From: Chiloscyllium plagiosum
Lineage: Eukaryota
Length of the DNA stretch: 64,000 bases
Assembly: GCF_004010195.1 (NCBI RefSeq)
Contig: NC_057754.1
Location: 9,301,215-9,365,214 of the forward strand
Reading direction: 5' to 3'
Of this stretch, positions 1 through 13,563 are shown one piece after another (position 1 is the stretch's first letter; each line of letters starts with the position of its first letter). Under the pieces are notes generated by a model, which worked only from the letters and a program-made list of their open reading frames with translations, was not told the origin of the DNA and did no database searches. Position numbers and translations under genes: made by a program.

Positions 1-19
1 CCAGCCCTATCTCAGTAGC

Positions 20-2050
20 TCTCTAAATTCATCACTTTCAAATGTACATTCGTTTTTGAAATCTCCGACGGAATCCACCTCCAGCACAGCCCCAGACTGC
101 ATTCTAAATCCTAAAAATTCTGAGTCAAGAACTTTCTCCTCCTTTCACCCCTAGCTCTCTTGCTGACAGTCCTGAAATTTTGTGACCATTAGTTACAGAC
201 ATAACAACGAGTGGAAACAGAATATCCTTCTTTATCCTGTCAAAATTGTTGATGATTTTGAAAAATCTCAAGGTCACTTATTAATCTTTTGTGTTCCATG
301 GAGAATATGCCCAATTTCTCTAATATTTCCTTGTATCTAAAATCCCTATTCCTGATATAATTCTAGTATATATTCTTTGAACTCTCTCCACATTCTTCAT
401 TTAATAAAGTGTCCAGAACTGGAAGTACCTGTGGTCTGATCGATGATGTGTAGAGGTGTAGCATCACTTCCTTGCTTTTATACTCTAGGCTTCTAATTAT
501 AAACCCAAGGATCATAAAAGCCGACTGAACAACCGTTTCCCCTCACCTGGCCGCTTTCAGAGAATTGTCCGTGTCCCTCTGCTCCTGCACTCTCCTTAAA
601 GTTGTATCAATGAGCCGGTATTGTATCTGTTTCTTCTACCAAAATGCATGGCCTCTTATTTATCTGCCAGATAGATCTCTGCCCATTTGGCCAATTTGTT
701 AATGTCCCTCTGAAGTTGCTCAGCATCAATCTCTCAATTCAGTATTCTCCCTGGCTTAGTAGCATCAACAAATTTAGAGATTTTGCCCTCAACACACATC
801 TCCGAATCATTTGTATAAATCAGAAAAAGCAAGGGTCCCAAACCATTCCGTGGGGAGCACTACTTTCAATTCATCTCCAACTGAGAAATGCCCATCCATA
901 ATTACCCTCTGTTTTCTAACTTTTAGCCAACTTCTAAACCACACTGCCAAGGATCCATCAACCCCAAACATTTCTAATTGCTAGCCAACTCAACTTGTGG
1001 CACCATATCGAATGCTTTCTGAAAGTCCAAACATACTACAACCATAGCACTGCCCTTATCCACCAAAGAAAATTGTAAGACATGACCTGCACTTGATAAA
1101 GCCATGTTGGCTGTCTAATATTAAATTATTTTTCTTTAAATGCATATTTACCTTATTCTGTATTGCGGCCTCCATCAGTTTTCTCACTATTGATGTCAAG
1201 CTGATAGGTCTGTAATTTACTGGGTTATTCTTTGCTCCTTTCTTAAACAGCAGTGTCACATTTGCAATCCTTTAGTCCCTGGGCCTTATCCTTGTTCAGA
1301 GGGACCTAGAAAATTTCTGTCAGTGGTTCTGTGATTTGCTCTGTTACTTCTCTCAGCGATTTAGGATGCATCCCATTTGGGCCTGGCATCTTCTCTATTT
1401 GGAGTGCTGCCAATCTTTTTAGTACCTCTTCCTAATCTATGACTATAATGATCAGTTTCCCAACATTCATATTTTGTCTTGGCCATTGTCAACATTTTTG
1501 AATTTGCTAAAGACAAAAGGAAAATATTCATTTAGTACCTCTGCAATACCCTTTGATTCAGTAAGTAGTTTACCCTGCTTATTCCTTATGGGCCCCATTC
1601 TATCCTTCACTAATTTTTTTACTATTAATATATTTGAAGAACATTTTACTATTTGGTTTAGCACAGTCTGCCATCTTTTCCTCATGCTTCCCCTTAGCTT
1701 CCGTTATTCCAGCCTTACCATCTCTCTTGCTTTTATCAGTCTACTGTGTATTATATGCCTCCTTTCTCTTCCTTATTTTCTCATTAATATCCTTATTAAT
1801 GGTACTCTAGCTTAGAATACCCTGTACTTATTTCTCATGGATATGTACCTAGCTTGCACCCTCTTTTGAAATTCTCCCTATTTTTCGTCCATTGTTTTAT
1901 CACCCAAAATGCATTTACAATCAATGTGCTCCAGTTCAACTTTAGGATCCCTCAAATCTACCCTGTTCCAGTCTGGAATCTTAATCATTCACTGATTTTC
2001 GTTGTTTTCCAACTTAATGTTGAACCTTTACTATGATTGCTATTCCCCAA
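20..2050 (-). mobile_element. Decayed CR1-clade LINE ORF2 fragment (RT region to 3' end)
   Basis: ORF fragments LFKKGAKNNPVNYRPISLTSIVRKLME and SQHGFIKCRSCLT are typical of CR1 ORF2; many stops and frameshifts. Confidence 0.85.
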
Positions 2051-2059
2051 ATACAAATA

Positions 2060-3182
2060 TAGAATGTTACAGCACAGTACAGGCCCTTCGGCCCTCGATG
2101 TTGCACCAATCTGTGAAAATAATCTGATGCCCATCTAACCTTCGCCGTTCCATTATTGTCTATATGTATGTCCAATGCCCATATAAATGCCCTCAACATC
2201 AGCAATTCTACTACTGTTGCAGGCAGGCCGTTCCACCCCTCTACTACTGAGTAAAGAAACTACTTCTAATACCTGTCCTGAATCTATCACCCCTCAATTT
2301 AAAGCTTATGTCCCTCATGTTAACCTTCACCACCCAAGGAAAAAGGCTCTCACTATCCACCCTATCTAACCCTCTGATTATCTTATATGTGTCGAGTAAG
2401 TCACCTCTCAACCTTCTTCTCTCCAATGAAAATAGCCTCAGTTCCTTCAGCCTTTCCTCGTAAGACCTTCCTTCCATTACAGGCAAAATCTCCTCTGAAT
2501 CCTTTCCATAGCTTCCACATCCTTCCTGTAATGCGGTGACCAGAACTGCATGCAATACCTCAGATGTGGCCTTACCAGTGTCTTAAACAGCTGAAGCATA
2601 ACCTGGTGGCTCCTAAACTCAATCCCCCTACCAATAAACACCAACACACCATATGCCTTCTTAACAACTCGATCGATCTGAGTGGCAACTTTCAGAGATT
2701 TATGTATCAGAGATTTATGTTCATCTGCACTGCCGAGAACTTTACCATTAGCCCAGTACTCTGCATTCCTTTTATTTCTTCCGAAGTGAACTACCTTACA
2801 CCTTTCCGCATTAAACTCCATTTGCCACTTATCAGCCCAGCTCTGTATTTAATCTATGTCCCTCTGTAACCCATAACAACCTTCAGCACTATCCACAACT
2901 TAGTGTCATCTGCAAAGTTACTAATCCATCCTTCTATGCCCATGTCCAGATCATTTATAAAAATGACAAACCGGTGGCCCCAAAACCGATCCTTGTGGCA
3001 CACCACTGGTAACAGCTCCAGGATGAACATTTCCCATCAACCACCACCCTCTGTCTTCTTTCAGTGAGCCAATTTCTGATCCAAACCGCTAAATCACCTT
3101 CAATCCCAAAACTCCTTATTTTGTGCAATAGCCTACCGTGTGGAATCGTATCAAATGCCTCACTGAAGTCCATATACATCAC
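2060..3182 (-). mobile_element. CR1/HER1-type LINE, 5'-truncated, probably nested in the older CR1
   Basis: MDFSEAFDTIPHGRLL, MEFNAERCKVVHFGR and LFSLERRRLRGDL motifs; 3' tail GGGCCGAAGGGCCTGT on the minus strand near 2075-2095. Confidence 0.9.
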
Positions 3183-3391
3183 ACAGAACAACACATAGAA
3201 TCACTACAGTGTGGAAACAGGTCACTTGGCCCAACCAGTCCACACTACCCCTCTGAAGCACACCCCACCCAGACTCTACTCCTCCCTCCCCCTCCAAACC
3301 CTGCATTTCCCATGGTTAATCCATCTAACCTATACGTACCTGGACACTATGGACAATTTAGCATGTACCCAATCCACCTCACCTGGACTAT

Positions 3392-3890
3392 AAGGCATAG
3401 AAGCAGAAATTAGGCCATTCAGCCCATTGAGTCTGCTCTGCCATTCAATCATGGCTGATAAGTTTCTCAACCCCATTCTCTCACTTTCTTCCCATAACCC
3501 TTGATCCTCTTGATACTTAATAACCTATCTATCTTAGTCTTAAATATACTGATTGACCTGGCCTCCACAGTCTTCTGTGACAATGAATTTCATAGATTCC
3601 CCACTCACTGCCTGAAGTTTCTCCTTATCTCTGTTCTAAAAGGTCTTCCTTTTACTCTAAGGCTGTGCCCTCTGGTCCTAGTCTCTCCTATGAATGGAAA
3701 CATCTTCTCAACATCTACTCTGTCCAGGCCATTCAGTATTCTGTCTCAATTAGATACCCTTTCATCCTTCTAAATTCCATCAATTTATAAACCCAGAGTC
3801 CTCAAATGTACCTCATATGTTAAGCTTTCCATTCCTCGGACCATTCTTGTGAACCTCTTCTGAACACGCTCCAGGGCCAGTGCATCCTTC
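3392..3890 (-). mobile_element. CR1 LINE 3' fragment
   Basis: 3' end (AGGCCATTCAGCCCATTGAG on +) resembles the CR1 copy at 19610-20230. Confidence 0.75.
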
Positions 3891-3894
3891 CTTC

Positions 3895-4190
3895 CATAAT
3901 AAATATTCGGCAAGATCATCTTTCCTGTTTCTCATTTCAACCATATAGATTCTAATTCAGGAACTGTGTGTTGTTCAAGAGCAAAAGTACTACCTTTGAC
4001 TAAGACTGCTGCACCTCCTCCCTTTTTATCCACACTGTTTCTCCTCAAAGCCTTACAACTTGGGATGTGAAGGATCCAATCCTTTTCTGGCTTGAGCCAC
4101 ATTTCTGCCAATGCTAATACGTCATATCCCATCAGAGCGACTTCTGCTTCCAGTTCCCCAATTTTGTTCACTACATGCATTTACATGCCT
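3895..4190 (-). mobile_element. CR1 apurinic endonuclease domain fragment
   Basis: NKIGELE...YDVLALAEMWL...KKGGGAAVLVK...ESIW matches the CR1 endonuclease N-terminus. Confidence 0.8.
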
Positions 4191-5299
4191 ATAATTTAAC
4201 CTTGCCCTATCTCTCGTTCATTGGAAGGTGACCAGTTTTTTTTTGGCTATTGTCAACACTTAAGCCTTCCCTCACTTCCTTTTCCATTTCTCTTTTGCCC
4301 CCTCTGGCAATTCATAAACTAGGCCCATTAGTCAATCCACCCTCGTTGTCTGACAAGTCTATATCCACTCCCTTTACAATATTTACTCTCTCAGCCAAGA
4401 AATTAGTTCCTTTTCTGCTCAGATGAAGTGTATCTCTTCTGAACAGCTTTCTCCTTTCCCAAAAGTGGCCTCAATATCTCAAAAATCTAAATCCTTCCCA
4501 TCTACACTAATTTAAGCGTTTAACTCCATGGTTTGCCTTTGTCCAATTTTTGAATGCTTGTCAAATAACAGGAGATGACTGATGCAGTCCTAGAGAGAAA
4601 ACAAGCACATAGTAATAGTCTGTGGATTGTAGAAGCGTGAGAGACTTTCCAAAGAGGGTAAAAAAGGTAATGTTAAATTGAACTAGGTCCAGAATCATCT
4701 GGAAAATATCAACATGCAGATGAATGGAGAGCTGGAGAATCTTTACATTTCATGTATGAATTTTTGTTTGAGCCATCTGTACTTATGACGTCAAATATTT
4801 ACCATTGTGAGAGATGATCTTCAGATGAGTAGGTGAATTATGTCAATAGTTGTCACATTTTACCAGAACAGTTTTGGCATTTATTGTTAAGGCAGTTCAA
4901 GCATTTGTGCTGCTGATTATCATCATTTTAGTTGCTTTTTCTGTGGTGTGCAATCAAGATATTGGGGAAACAAGCTCATGGCTCAGAAATAGCTGAGTTA
5001 GATTAGTTTTGAGAAATTTGATGCAAGATGTTTAATTAATATTTCAATTAATTTTAACACTTGAATTTCAAAATAATGGCATATGATTTCTGTTTGTGAA
5101 CTGTTTCTTTAAAATAAAAAGCTAGGTCATACATTCCTTCGGGTGACCTAATCCAGAGAGCAGGAAGGCCCTAGAGTCTAAATTTGACATTTTTTTATTG
5201 AATTAGCTTTGTTGTCACGTGCAATCGAACAAGAGCATGAAAGATGGTTTGCAGTGTCGTTGCTTACAGCGCCATCTTATATACAAGATACCTAGATAC

Positions 5300-5595
5300 A
5301 GATTAGATTCACAACAATGTGGAAACAGGCCCTTCGGCCCAACAAGTCCACACCAACCCTCCAAAGAGCAACCCATTTCCCTGACTAATACATCTAACAC
5401 TAGGCAATTTAGCATGGCCAATTCACCTGACCTGTACATCTTTGGACTGTGGGAGGAAACCAGAGCACCCGGAGGAAACCCATGCAGACACAGGGAGAAT
5501 GTGCAAACTGAACACAGACCGTTGCCCGACGCTGGAATTGAACCCGGGTCCCTGGTGCTGTGAGGCAGCAGTGCTAATCACCAAGCCCACCCCTT
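5300..5595 (-). mobile_element. HE1-like tRNA-derived SINE
   Basis: Minus-strand B box GGTTCAATTCC, conserved body, CR1-like tail and (AATCT)n. Confidence 0.85.
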
Positions 5596-6949
5596 AAGTA
5601 TTTGATTAAGTATTAAGATATTTAAGTATTTGGTATAGAATTGAAAGAATAATAAATAAAAGTCCAGCACAAGAATAACATTTTTGAAGTACTCGAGTTA
5701 CAATCCTTTTCACCCAAGTCTGTGCCGGCACCTAGCCTCCAGATCGCAACAGGGCTTGCCTCCCCACTGCCTGTAGTCTGGGTTTCGCCTTCCCATGACG
5801 GCTTCTGGTCTGGGACTCGCCTTCTTGCCCCGGCCTGCGTTCTGGGACTCTGGCCTCCCACGCCAGATTCCCATCTGGGACTCTCCTCCTGCACCAACCT
5901 CCGATTGGAGCTGCCTCCTCCATTCCTCTCCAAGTAAATCAAAAGTTTGAAAAAAAAAATCCAGAAATGAGAATAAGAACAGGTGGAGCAGAGGAGCTCT
6001 GGCTGGAGTATCCTACGCCAGGAAAATATTGTTTATAACTGGCTGACCGTCGAAGGCCATTAGTTTGTTTTTGGTTCAGAATATTCAAAGATTGATTTTG
6101 TTTTCCTTCAAAAACTCAGAGACTGAAAGCTTTTAGAGCAGTTCAGAGGAGACCTGACTGAGGTCAGAAGGGCGTTTCACCTCTCTACTAGAAAGGGAAT
6201 TCTTTAGGGAGGTTTAGGAAATGAATTAGAAAACTTTGGTATGTTTCAACAGGAATGTTTGATTAGTAATCTGCAGGTTATTTGAAGCAGAGAAGGCCTG
6301 AGCTGTCAGTTTCATGAGTAATGTATAAAGACCCCATGGTTCACTAGACAGAAATTGGGGAGAACCAGTTAAATCGAACTTAAAAATTTGGAATAAAGAT
6401 GTAATATCTGGATTTTAATTGCGGTGAAGCAATGGTGTTGGAAAATAGGTTGAAACATTTTGAGATTTTTTTAATCTGTTCTAAAAGCTTGGTTTGTATT
6501 TTTCTGCTTGCGTCTTTTGTGTAATAAACTTATGTTTTGTTGTTAAAGAAGCTGTGCAGCCTCATGTGACTTGTTTCAGTGACTAACCACCAGTAAAATA
6601 AAATGAAAAGAAAAACTAACCAGTTTCATTTTGAAATCTGACTTGTCCAGACATAGCACCAATTGGGATCATAAAAATCAAGAGGATAGCCCCAGAGCAG
6701 AGGTCGTCGTGGGGAGCGAGTCCCGGAGGAAACTTACCTTGGAGCAGCTGACAGGAGGTGTGGAGCGGACTGGAAGCTTGGAGTGGGCACAGTTATTGGA
6801 CTGGGGTCTGGTGCGGGTGGTCAGATCTAAGATAGTGCCATAAGAGACGACGTTGTAAAACTTTTTGCTGTACTCTTATACTTCCGTACTTGAGTACATG
6901 TGACAATAAAGGATATTCTAATTCTCTAACTTGGCTGTCCCACAGAAGA

Positions 6950-7972
6950 CAGAGCAATGTGGTGAAAGTGTGTTTTTTCAGGCTGGAAGTCCGTGACTAG
7001 TGGTGTTCTGCAGAGATCCGTTCTGGGACCTCTGTTTATGATACATATATAAATGACTGATGAAAATGTAGATGGGTGGGTTAGTAAGTTCGCAGATGAT
7101 ACAGTTGTGGATATTGTAGAAAGTTGTCAAAGGTTACAGTGGGATATAGATCAGTTGCAGATATGGATGGAGAAATGGCAGATGGAGTTTAATCTGGATA
7201 AGGGTGAGGTACTGAACTTTGGGTGATTGATTGAATGTTAAAATATACAGTTCCTGGAAGGACCCTGAACAGCATTGATGTACAGAGGAATCTTGGGGGT
7301 CAAGTCCATAGCTCCCTGAAAGTGGCCATGCTTGGATGGTAAAGAAGTCTATGCTAGCCTTTATTGGTCAGGGAATTGAGTACAGGAGTCAGGATGTCAT
7401 GTTGCAGCTTTATAAAGCTTTGGTTAGGCCAAGGTTGCATTCAATTCTGGTTGCCACATAATAGAAAGGATAGGAAGGCTTTGGAGAGGGTGCAGAAGTG
7501 TTTTACCAGGATGCTGTCTGGATTAGAGAGAATGATCTATAATAAGAAGCTAGAAAAACTCATTATTTTATCTGGATCAGCAGAGGTTGTGGGGAGAGTT
7601 GATAAAAGTCTATAAAATTATGAGATGCATAGATAGGGTTGATGGTCAGAATATTTTTTCCCAGAATTGAAATGTCTAATAGTAGGGGGTACGCATTTTA
7701 GGGGGTGGGGGTTAGGAGTTCAAAGGAGAGAGTTTTTTTTTTTACAGAGAGTAATAGGAGTCTGAGAACATACTACTAGAGGTGGTGGTGGTGGAGGCAG
7801 ATACAATAGGGCATTTAAGTGATTTTCAGATAAGCACATGAATATGCAAGGAATGGAGGTGTACGGACCAAGGGCAGGCAGAAAGCATTAATTTAATTTG
7901 GTGTCATGTTCGGCACAACATTGTGGGCCGAAGGGCCAGTTTCTGTGTTGTACAGCTGTTTGTTCTATGTTC
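6950..7972 (+). mobile_element. Decayed CR1 LINE 3' part
   Basis: AAGTTCGCAGATGAT (KFADD), ATGGAGTTTAAT, QFWLPH...LERVQKCFTRML; tail GGGCCGAAGGGCC. Confidence 0.85.
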
Positions 7973-8460
7973 TCAGTGTGGATAATCTGTTTAAAAAAAA
8001 CCAATTATGTTATGAAATCTTAAGAAATTATAAGGAAAAGTTCACTTCCCCTTTTCACTTATGAAAAATATTTCTTGTGACAAATCTAAAAGAGTGTAAA
8101 CCTGCTACCTCTGGCAAGGACATGTCTTGTCCAGACTCTGCCACAAGACAAATTTGATAGTGTGTGGGAGTATCATGATCCATGTAAAAACCAACAGTAT
8201 CTGAGTGCAGTTTAATCAGGATAATTCTGCAAACAATCAGCCATGAAAGGACTTTATGAACTTCCAATGGAAATAGGAGAGAGAATCTTGAATACCTGTC
8301 CCTTGCAGGTTGAAAGGGAGAAGGTACGAATCTCAGATGCTCTTCTAAACTGGAATGAAGGCAAATATTAGAATTTGAAGACAAAGCTAGCTAAAATAAA
8401 CTTGGACACTTGATTAATGTAGATGCAACAACAGACTTTTAAGGAATTATTTAAAAAATG

Positions 8461-8640
8461 TTAAAATCACCCAACACCTGGTTATAGTCCAGCAGGTTTA
8501 TTTGAAAGTACAAGCTTTGGAGTGCTGCTCTGTCATGAGCTAGGTCCAAAGGTTCCAAATAAACCTGATGGTCTATAATATGGTGTTGTGAGATTTTTAA
8601 CTTGGTTCACCCCAGTCCAACATCGGCACCGCCACGTCAT
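8461..8640. mobile_element. Short fold-back element, Penelope pLTR-derived family A
   Basis: Imperfect inverted arms AAAATCACCCAACACCTGGTTATAGTCC / GGTCTATAATATGGTGTTGTGAGATTTT; same family at 23320, 34228 and 59938. Confidence 0.7.
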
Positions 8641-8855
8641 ATTTAAAAACACTCAGCAAAGATTTATCCCATTTACAAAGTCTAAGTTTGGGAGAAGATT
8701 TGTAGCTCGGGTGCTCGTTGTTGTGGTTCTGTTCGCCGAGCTGGGAATTTGTCTTGCAAACGTTTCGTCCCCTGTCTACGTGACATCCTCAGTGCTTGGG
8801 AGCCTCCTGTGAAGCGCTTCTGCGATGTTTCCTCCGGCATTTATAGTGGCCTGTC

Positions 8856-9071
8856 NNNNNNNNNNNNNNNNNNNNNNNNNNNNNNNNNNNNNNNNNNNNN
8901 NNNNNNNNNNNNNNNNNNNNNNNNNNNNNNNNNNNNNNNNNNNNNNNNNNNNNNNNNNNNNNNNNNNNNNNNNNNNNNNNNNNNNNNNNNNNNNNNNNNN
9001 NNNNNNNNNNNNNNNNNNNNNNNNNNNNNNNNNNNNNNNNNNNNNNNNNNNNNNNNNNNNNNNNNNNNNNN
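8856..9071. other. Assembly gap (run of N)
   Basis: N characters in the sequence. Confidence 1.
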
Positions 9072-9420
9072 ACAAAACACTACATAGGACAAACAGGAAG
9101 ACAGCTAACGATCCGTATCCATGAACACCAACTAGCCACGAAATGACACGACCAGCTATCCTTAGTAGCCACACACGCAGATGACAAGCAACATGACTGG
9201 GACAACACTACCATTATAGGGCAAGCCAAACAGAGAACAGCCAGGGAATTCCTAGAGGCATGGCACTCATTCACAGACTCTATCAACAAACACATCGACC
9301 TGGACCCAATATGCCGGCCACTACAGCGGACAGCTGGAACTGACAACCAGAAGCGGCAGAGACAGGCCACTATAAATGCCGGAGGAAACATCACAGAAGC
9401 GCTTCACAGGAGGCTCCTAA

Positions 9421-9460
9421 GCACTGAGGATGTCACCTAGACAGGGGACGAAACGTTTGC
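9421..9460 (+). ncRNA. Minimal hammerhead ribozyme motif in a Penelope pLTR (mirror copy on - at ~8756-8795)
   Basis: GCA-CTGAGGA-(T GTCACCT AGAC AGGGGAC)-GAAA-CG-TT-TGC: CUGANGA and GAAA core, stem II, short stem I GCA/TGC. Confidence 0.65.
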
Positions 9461-9972
9461 AAGACAAATTCCCAGCTCGGCGAACAGAACCACAACAAAG
9501 TCTCTGTAACTTAATTAAGGGTAGTATCAAATTAAAACTCTGCAAGAGGTAAAGAGTAAATAATGCTCGTGTTGGTCCTCTGTAAAACGAGAATGGGAAG
9601 TTTGTTCATGGAGAACAAGAAAATAGCAGAGGTTTTGAACAAGTATTTTCTGACTCTTTACTTTGAGAATTGAAAATCATGAAATTAATGTGTGGGAGCA
9701 ATCTAAAACAGTCAGTCATCAGGAAAAAGGCACTAGGAGACTATTAGACCAAAAGGTAGACAAATCCCCAGCAGTAGATGGCCTACAGCCTAACATCTTA
9801 AAGGAAGTTGCAGCAGATAGTGGATGTCTTGGTTATCATTGTCCAATGTTCCAGTTTGGAAAATAGCCATTATAATGCCTTTATTCAAGAAGAGGGCAGC
9901 AGAAAGCAGGAAACAATAGGACACTTGGCCTAGTGACTGTCTTTGGGAAATCACCAGAATTTATTACTAAGG

Positions 9973-10180
9973 AACAAAAACTAATTGCTGGAGAAACTCA
10001 GCAGATCTGATAGCATCTGTGAGACAAGGCAGAGTTAACAGTTTTAGTGACCCTTAAGAATGGAAGGGTCACTGGACTAGAAACATTAGCTCGGCTTTCT
10101 CTCTACAGACATTGCCTGACTTGCTGAGTTTCTTCAGCAGTTTGTTTTTTGTTTCAGAATTCCAGCATCTGCAGCTCTTT
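9973..10180. mobile_element. Short fold-back element, Penelope pLTR-derived family C
   Basis: Arms TGCTGGAGAAACTCAGCAG / TTGCTGAGTTTCTTCAGCAG around a degenerate GAAGGGTCACTGGACTAGAAAC core. Confidence 0.65.
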
Positions 10181-12389
10181 AAACTATACTAATCCTATTT
10201 TCTAGCTTTTAGCCCTGGAGGCTAATGGCAATGCAAATTTGTATCTAAAATAAATGCAATGCATTTTCAAAAAGAATTTGATACAAAGTGCTGCATTAAA
10301 GTTACTGGACCAGAAGATATGGCATAATAATAAACATATTCCTGCGACTAAATGTTTGACTGGCTAACAGGAAGCAGAGCTTAGGAATAAATTGATCTAT
10401 TTCAGGTAGGTAAACCTTAACTATAGACTGGAAGATGTACATTTGATGGGAGCACAGCTCACAGTAGTGTACAGCCAGTGGGACATCTTTTTTACCTTTG
10501 TAAATACTTCACATCTGTTGATTTTTGAGATTGGGGGTGGAGGAGGTGCAACTTTGGCGATGGTAAAACTAAACGCTTTCAAGATCCTATCGTACAGAAC
10601 ATGGATTTCATTGGCCCAGGCTATTTGGAGTTCACAATGTGGCCGACCAAATGTTTATTTGCACCAAACAGCTGTTAACAAGCCTCTCCTTCTATATTAA
10701 TGGCAACTTCAAGAAAGTTGTGAGTTAACATCTGCCTTAAAATGGTGGATTCAATATGAAGTTACTGTTTTAAGCTGTTATGTCAAAGTCACACATGAAC
10801 AATATATTTGTACATAGATGTGTACATTTCCTCCCATTGTGCGCATCAACTTAATATAACCCAGCAGCAAAGCCTTTTGTGCTTAAAAATAATTTATTTC
10901 ACACACTTGCTCTGAAGGTAAGTAATGAGCAAACTATACAATCCACGTATACATATGCACAAATATGAATTGAAGTGAATCAGTTGCTTGATTCAGGTCT
11001 AGTATTTTGAATTAAGTGTAGTGTTTCTGAAGTGAACGTCTGAAAACTTCAAGATTGCGTCAGCAGCTATGATGGCTTCCAACATCAGATTGCATGAAGT
11101 TGTTTTCACAGGTAAGCTTAACAGTTGGCACTGCATGTGGGGCCATGGCTGTCCGGTTAATTACAATAAGTCCAATCACTGGGTTTGATCGTTTTCTCTC
11201 TGGCCCTGATCCAAGCTGTTTCTCTGAAGAAGTTTCAAGACCTCCCACCTCATGATTTTCAAGGACTTTCTTTTATTCATTCATGGGAGGTGGGCTTTGC
11301 TGGCTTTGAATTCTGGTCCCACGTCACTAACTGAGTCTTTGGTTTAATTGCCCAGTGATTAGATCACCTCGCCTCAGTACAGGCAGCTTTTCCTGTCTTT
11401 TCAATACCTTTGGGAGGCAACCTAGATCATGTTCCCAAATTAAGCATGTGGTAATGCCATTATTGTTTTGAATTCTTTTTGACTGTCCAGTGTTCAAAGA
11501 AGCCAAGGACTTTCACATCTTAGAAGTCCTTACAAATTAATGCCTTTTGTTTTGAAGGAAACCATCATGACAATGAGTTTTAAAATTTACCCACATGGAA
11601 ATGCTCACTGAATTTCAAAGTTCTTCATGCCGGTGAAGGCCTCTTTGTAATCCACTTGCAACCTTTCTGGAACTTTACAAACATTGCAGTTGCAAGAAGT
11701 TAGATGACCCTTTGCATCCAACAATGGTCTATGTTCAGTTTTGAAAGAGAACAGTTTTATTTTGCAAATTTTGTTACATAATAACAGCACACTAGCACCA
11801 CAGTTATTTTCAAACTGGGAACACTAGGTATTTAACTTTCAGTCAGCAACAGATCAGGGGTAGTTTATTTACTTAAGCGTAGTAGGGGTGTGGATCAGCC
11901 TGCCTGCAACAGTAGTAGACTTGCTGACGTTAAGGACATTTAAATGGGCATTGGACATACATATGGATAATAATGGAACAGTGTAGGTTAGATGGGCATC
12001 AGATTAGTTTCACAGGATGGCACAACATCAAGGGCTGAAGGGCCTGTACTGCGCTGTAACGTTCTGTGTTCTACATAAATCCCTGACTTGACAGCCTGTT
12101 TCCCCCGTTCACATTGTTCTTCTTGACTTTAAATACAGCTGTCAAGGTGCTTCTAAGAAAAGAGCAGCTGGAACATTTTTCTTAAACACCTCAGGATTAA
12201 TCAAGATGGGACTTTCTCATCTGTTTTTGCTGACAGCAAAGACTAAAATGACATTTGTCCCTCTCAGCATAGTGCTGAGGGACCACGTCCAGGCTTAAGT
12301 TGTGTTCCTGCTGTACAATCCTACCACCATATTAGCCTTAAACAATAGCTGCAGAAGACAGAATTCCAGAAATGTGTTCACACCAAATG

Positions 12390-13290
12390 TGTTCACTTTT
12401 GTTGATAATGATTTGACATTTATCCAGACACTGAACTCCAGCATAGTTACTGGGATTATCAATAGAAGTCAACTCAAAAGGTAAGAATGAACAGCACTAA
12501 TAACAGCAGAGTACAACCCCTGCAATCACTGAAGTATTGTGTTAGGATTGAAGATGACTGAGTAAATCTCTTCCCACACATGGAGTATATGAACAGCGTG
12601 TTGTTATGTTACTGTGTCAGCAGGTCCATTTTACTTTTACAACTCTGCTTATAGAACATTAACTATTTTTTTAAAAAAGAAGTGTGGTCAAGTGTTTGGA
12701 GGGTGGGATGACTGAGTGTACAGAACAGGTGGAAGTCCTCCCCTCAATGTGAACATGTTGCTGGATACTGATATCACACAATCCCCAAGTTCAGTCCTTT
12801 AGTGGGAGTAGCTGAACAGTCTCCTGTCACTGTGAATGCATTAATTACAAATCAGCTCCATGGAGAATTTTTAAACCCATCCTGCAATCCTGATGTTTAA
12901 AAGATTTTTTCAGTGTTAACTAACCGATGAGCCAACAGGTTAGTCGAATGAATGAATCCTCCTCCCACACATGAAGCAGGCTAAACACCCGCTGATCTGT
13001 ATGTCCTTGAACGTTATGATGTTATGTACTGCTTGCAAAACAAGACTTTTCACTGTACTTAGGTACGTGACAATAAATCAAATCAATTCAAATCAAAACA
13101 AAAGTCAAATCTCTCCCCAGTGTGAACTTGGTGCTGATGTAGGTTGGACAATCGCTGAACTTCTTCCCACGGTAGGAGCAGACAAATGGGTACATACCTG
13201 CAACATGAGACAATACAGGTTTCCAAACCCCTTCCATCCAGAGTGAACTGGCTGGTATGTCCGAAGACTGGATGGAGAAAGATTTGAGTT
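12390..13290 (-). pseudogene. Heavily decayed C2H2 zinc-finger array with family-type 3' UTR
   Basis: Minus strand has TGTGGGAAGAGATTTACTCAGTCATC (CGKRFTQS); ORF scraps RLSNLHQHQVHTGER and SSLRTYQPVHSG; 12400-12530 resembles the 3' UTRs of the intact genes. Interrupted by a Rex-like tail at ~12990-13100. Confidence 0.75.
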
Positions 13291-13563
13291 GCGAGACAAT
13301 TTCGGCCCTGTGAGTTCCTCACAATTGTTGGTGGAGGTGAGGATGGAGGTGACAGGGAGAGGGAGTGCCCTTCAAAAGGAACTAAAGAGATATTACAAAG
13401 ATTTGACACACTGTGGGTTTAACACAAAACCAAATGTGTTTGACTTTTATCTAGGATATTAATCCTTATAACTAGGCTGGAATTTGTTAACATCAATACA
13501 AATGGACTCCAATGAACATAGTTCAGTCTGGACATAATTAATTGCAAATTCTAAATACTGCAG

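Larger units (their letters stand above)
8684..9496 (+). mobile_element. Penelope-like element: GIY-YIG endonuclease 3' part with inverted pLTRs, spanning the gap
   Basis: From 9074 it reads KHYIGQTGRQLTIRIHEHQLA...REFLEAWHS. 8718-8855 is a near-perfect reverse complement of 9361-9498. Candidate target-site duplication (TSD) ACAAAGTCT at 8675-8683 and 9495-9503. Confidence 0.85.

Noticed and set aside
8749..9174. ORFs spanning poly-X
   Set aside because: Artefacts of the N gap.
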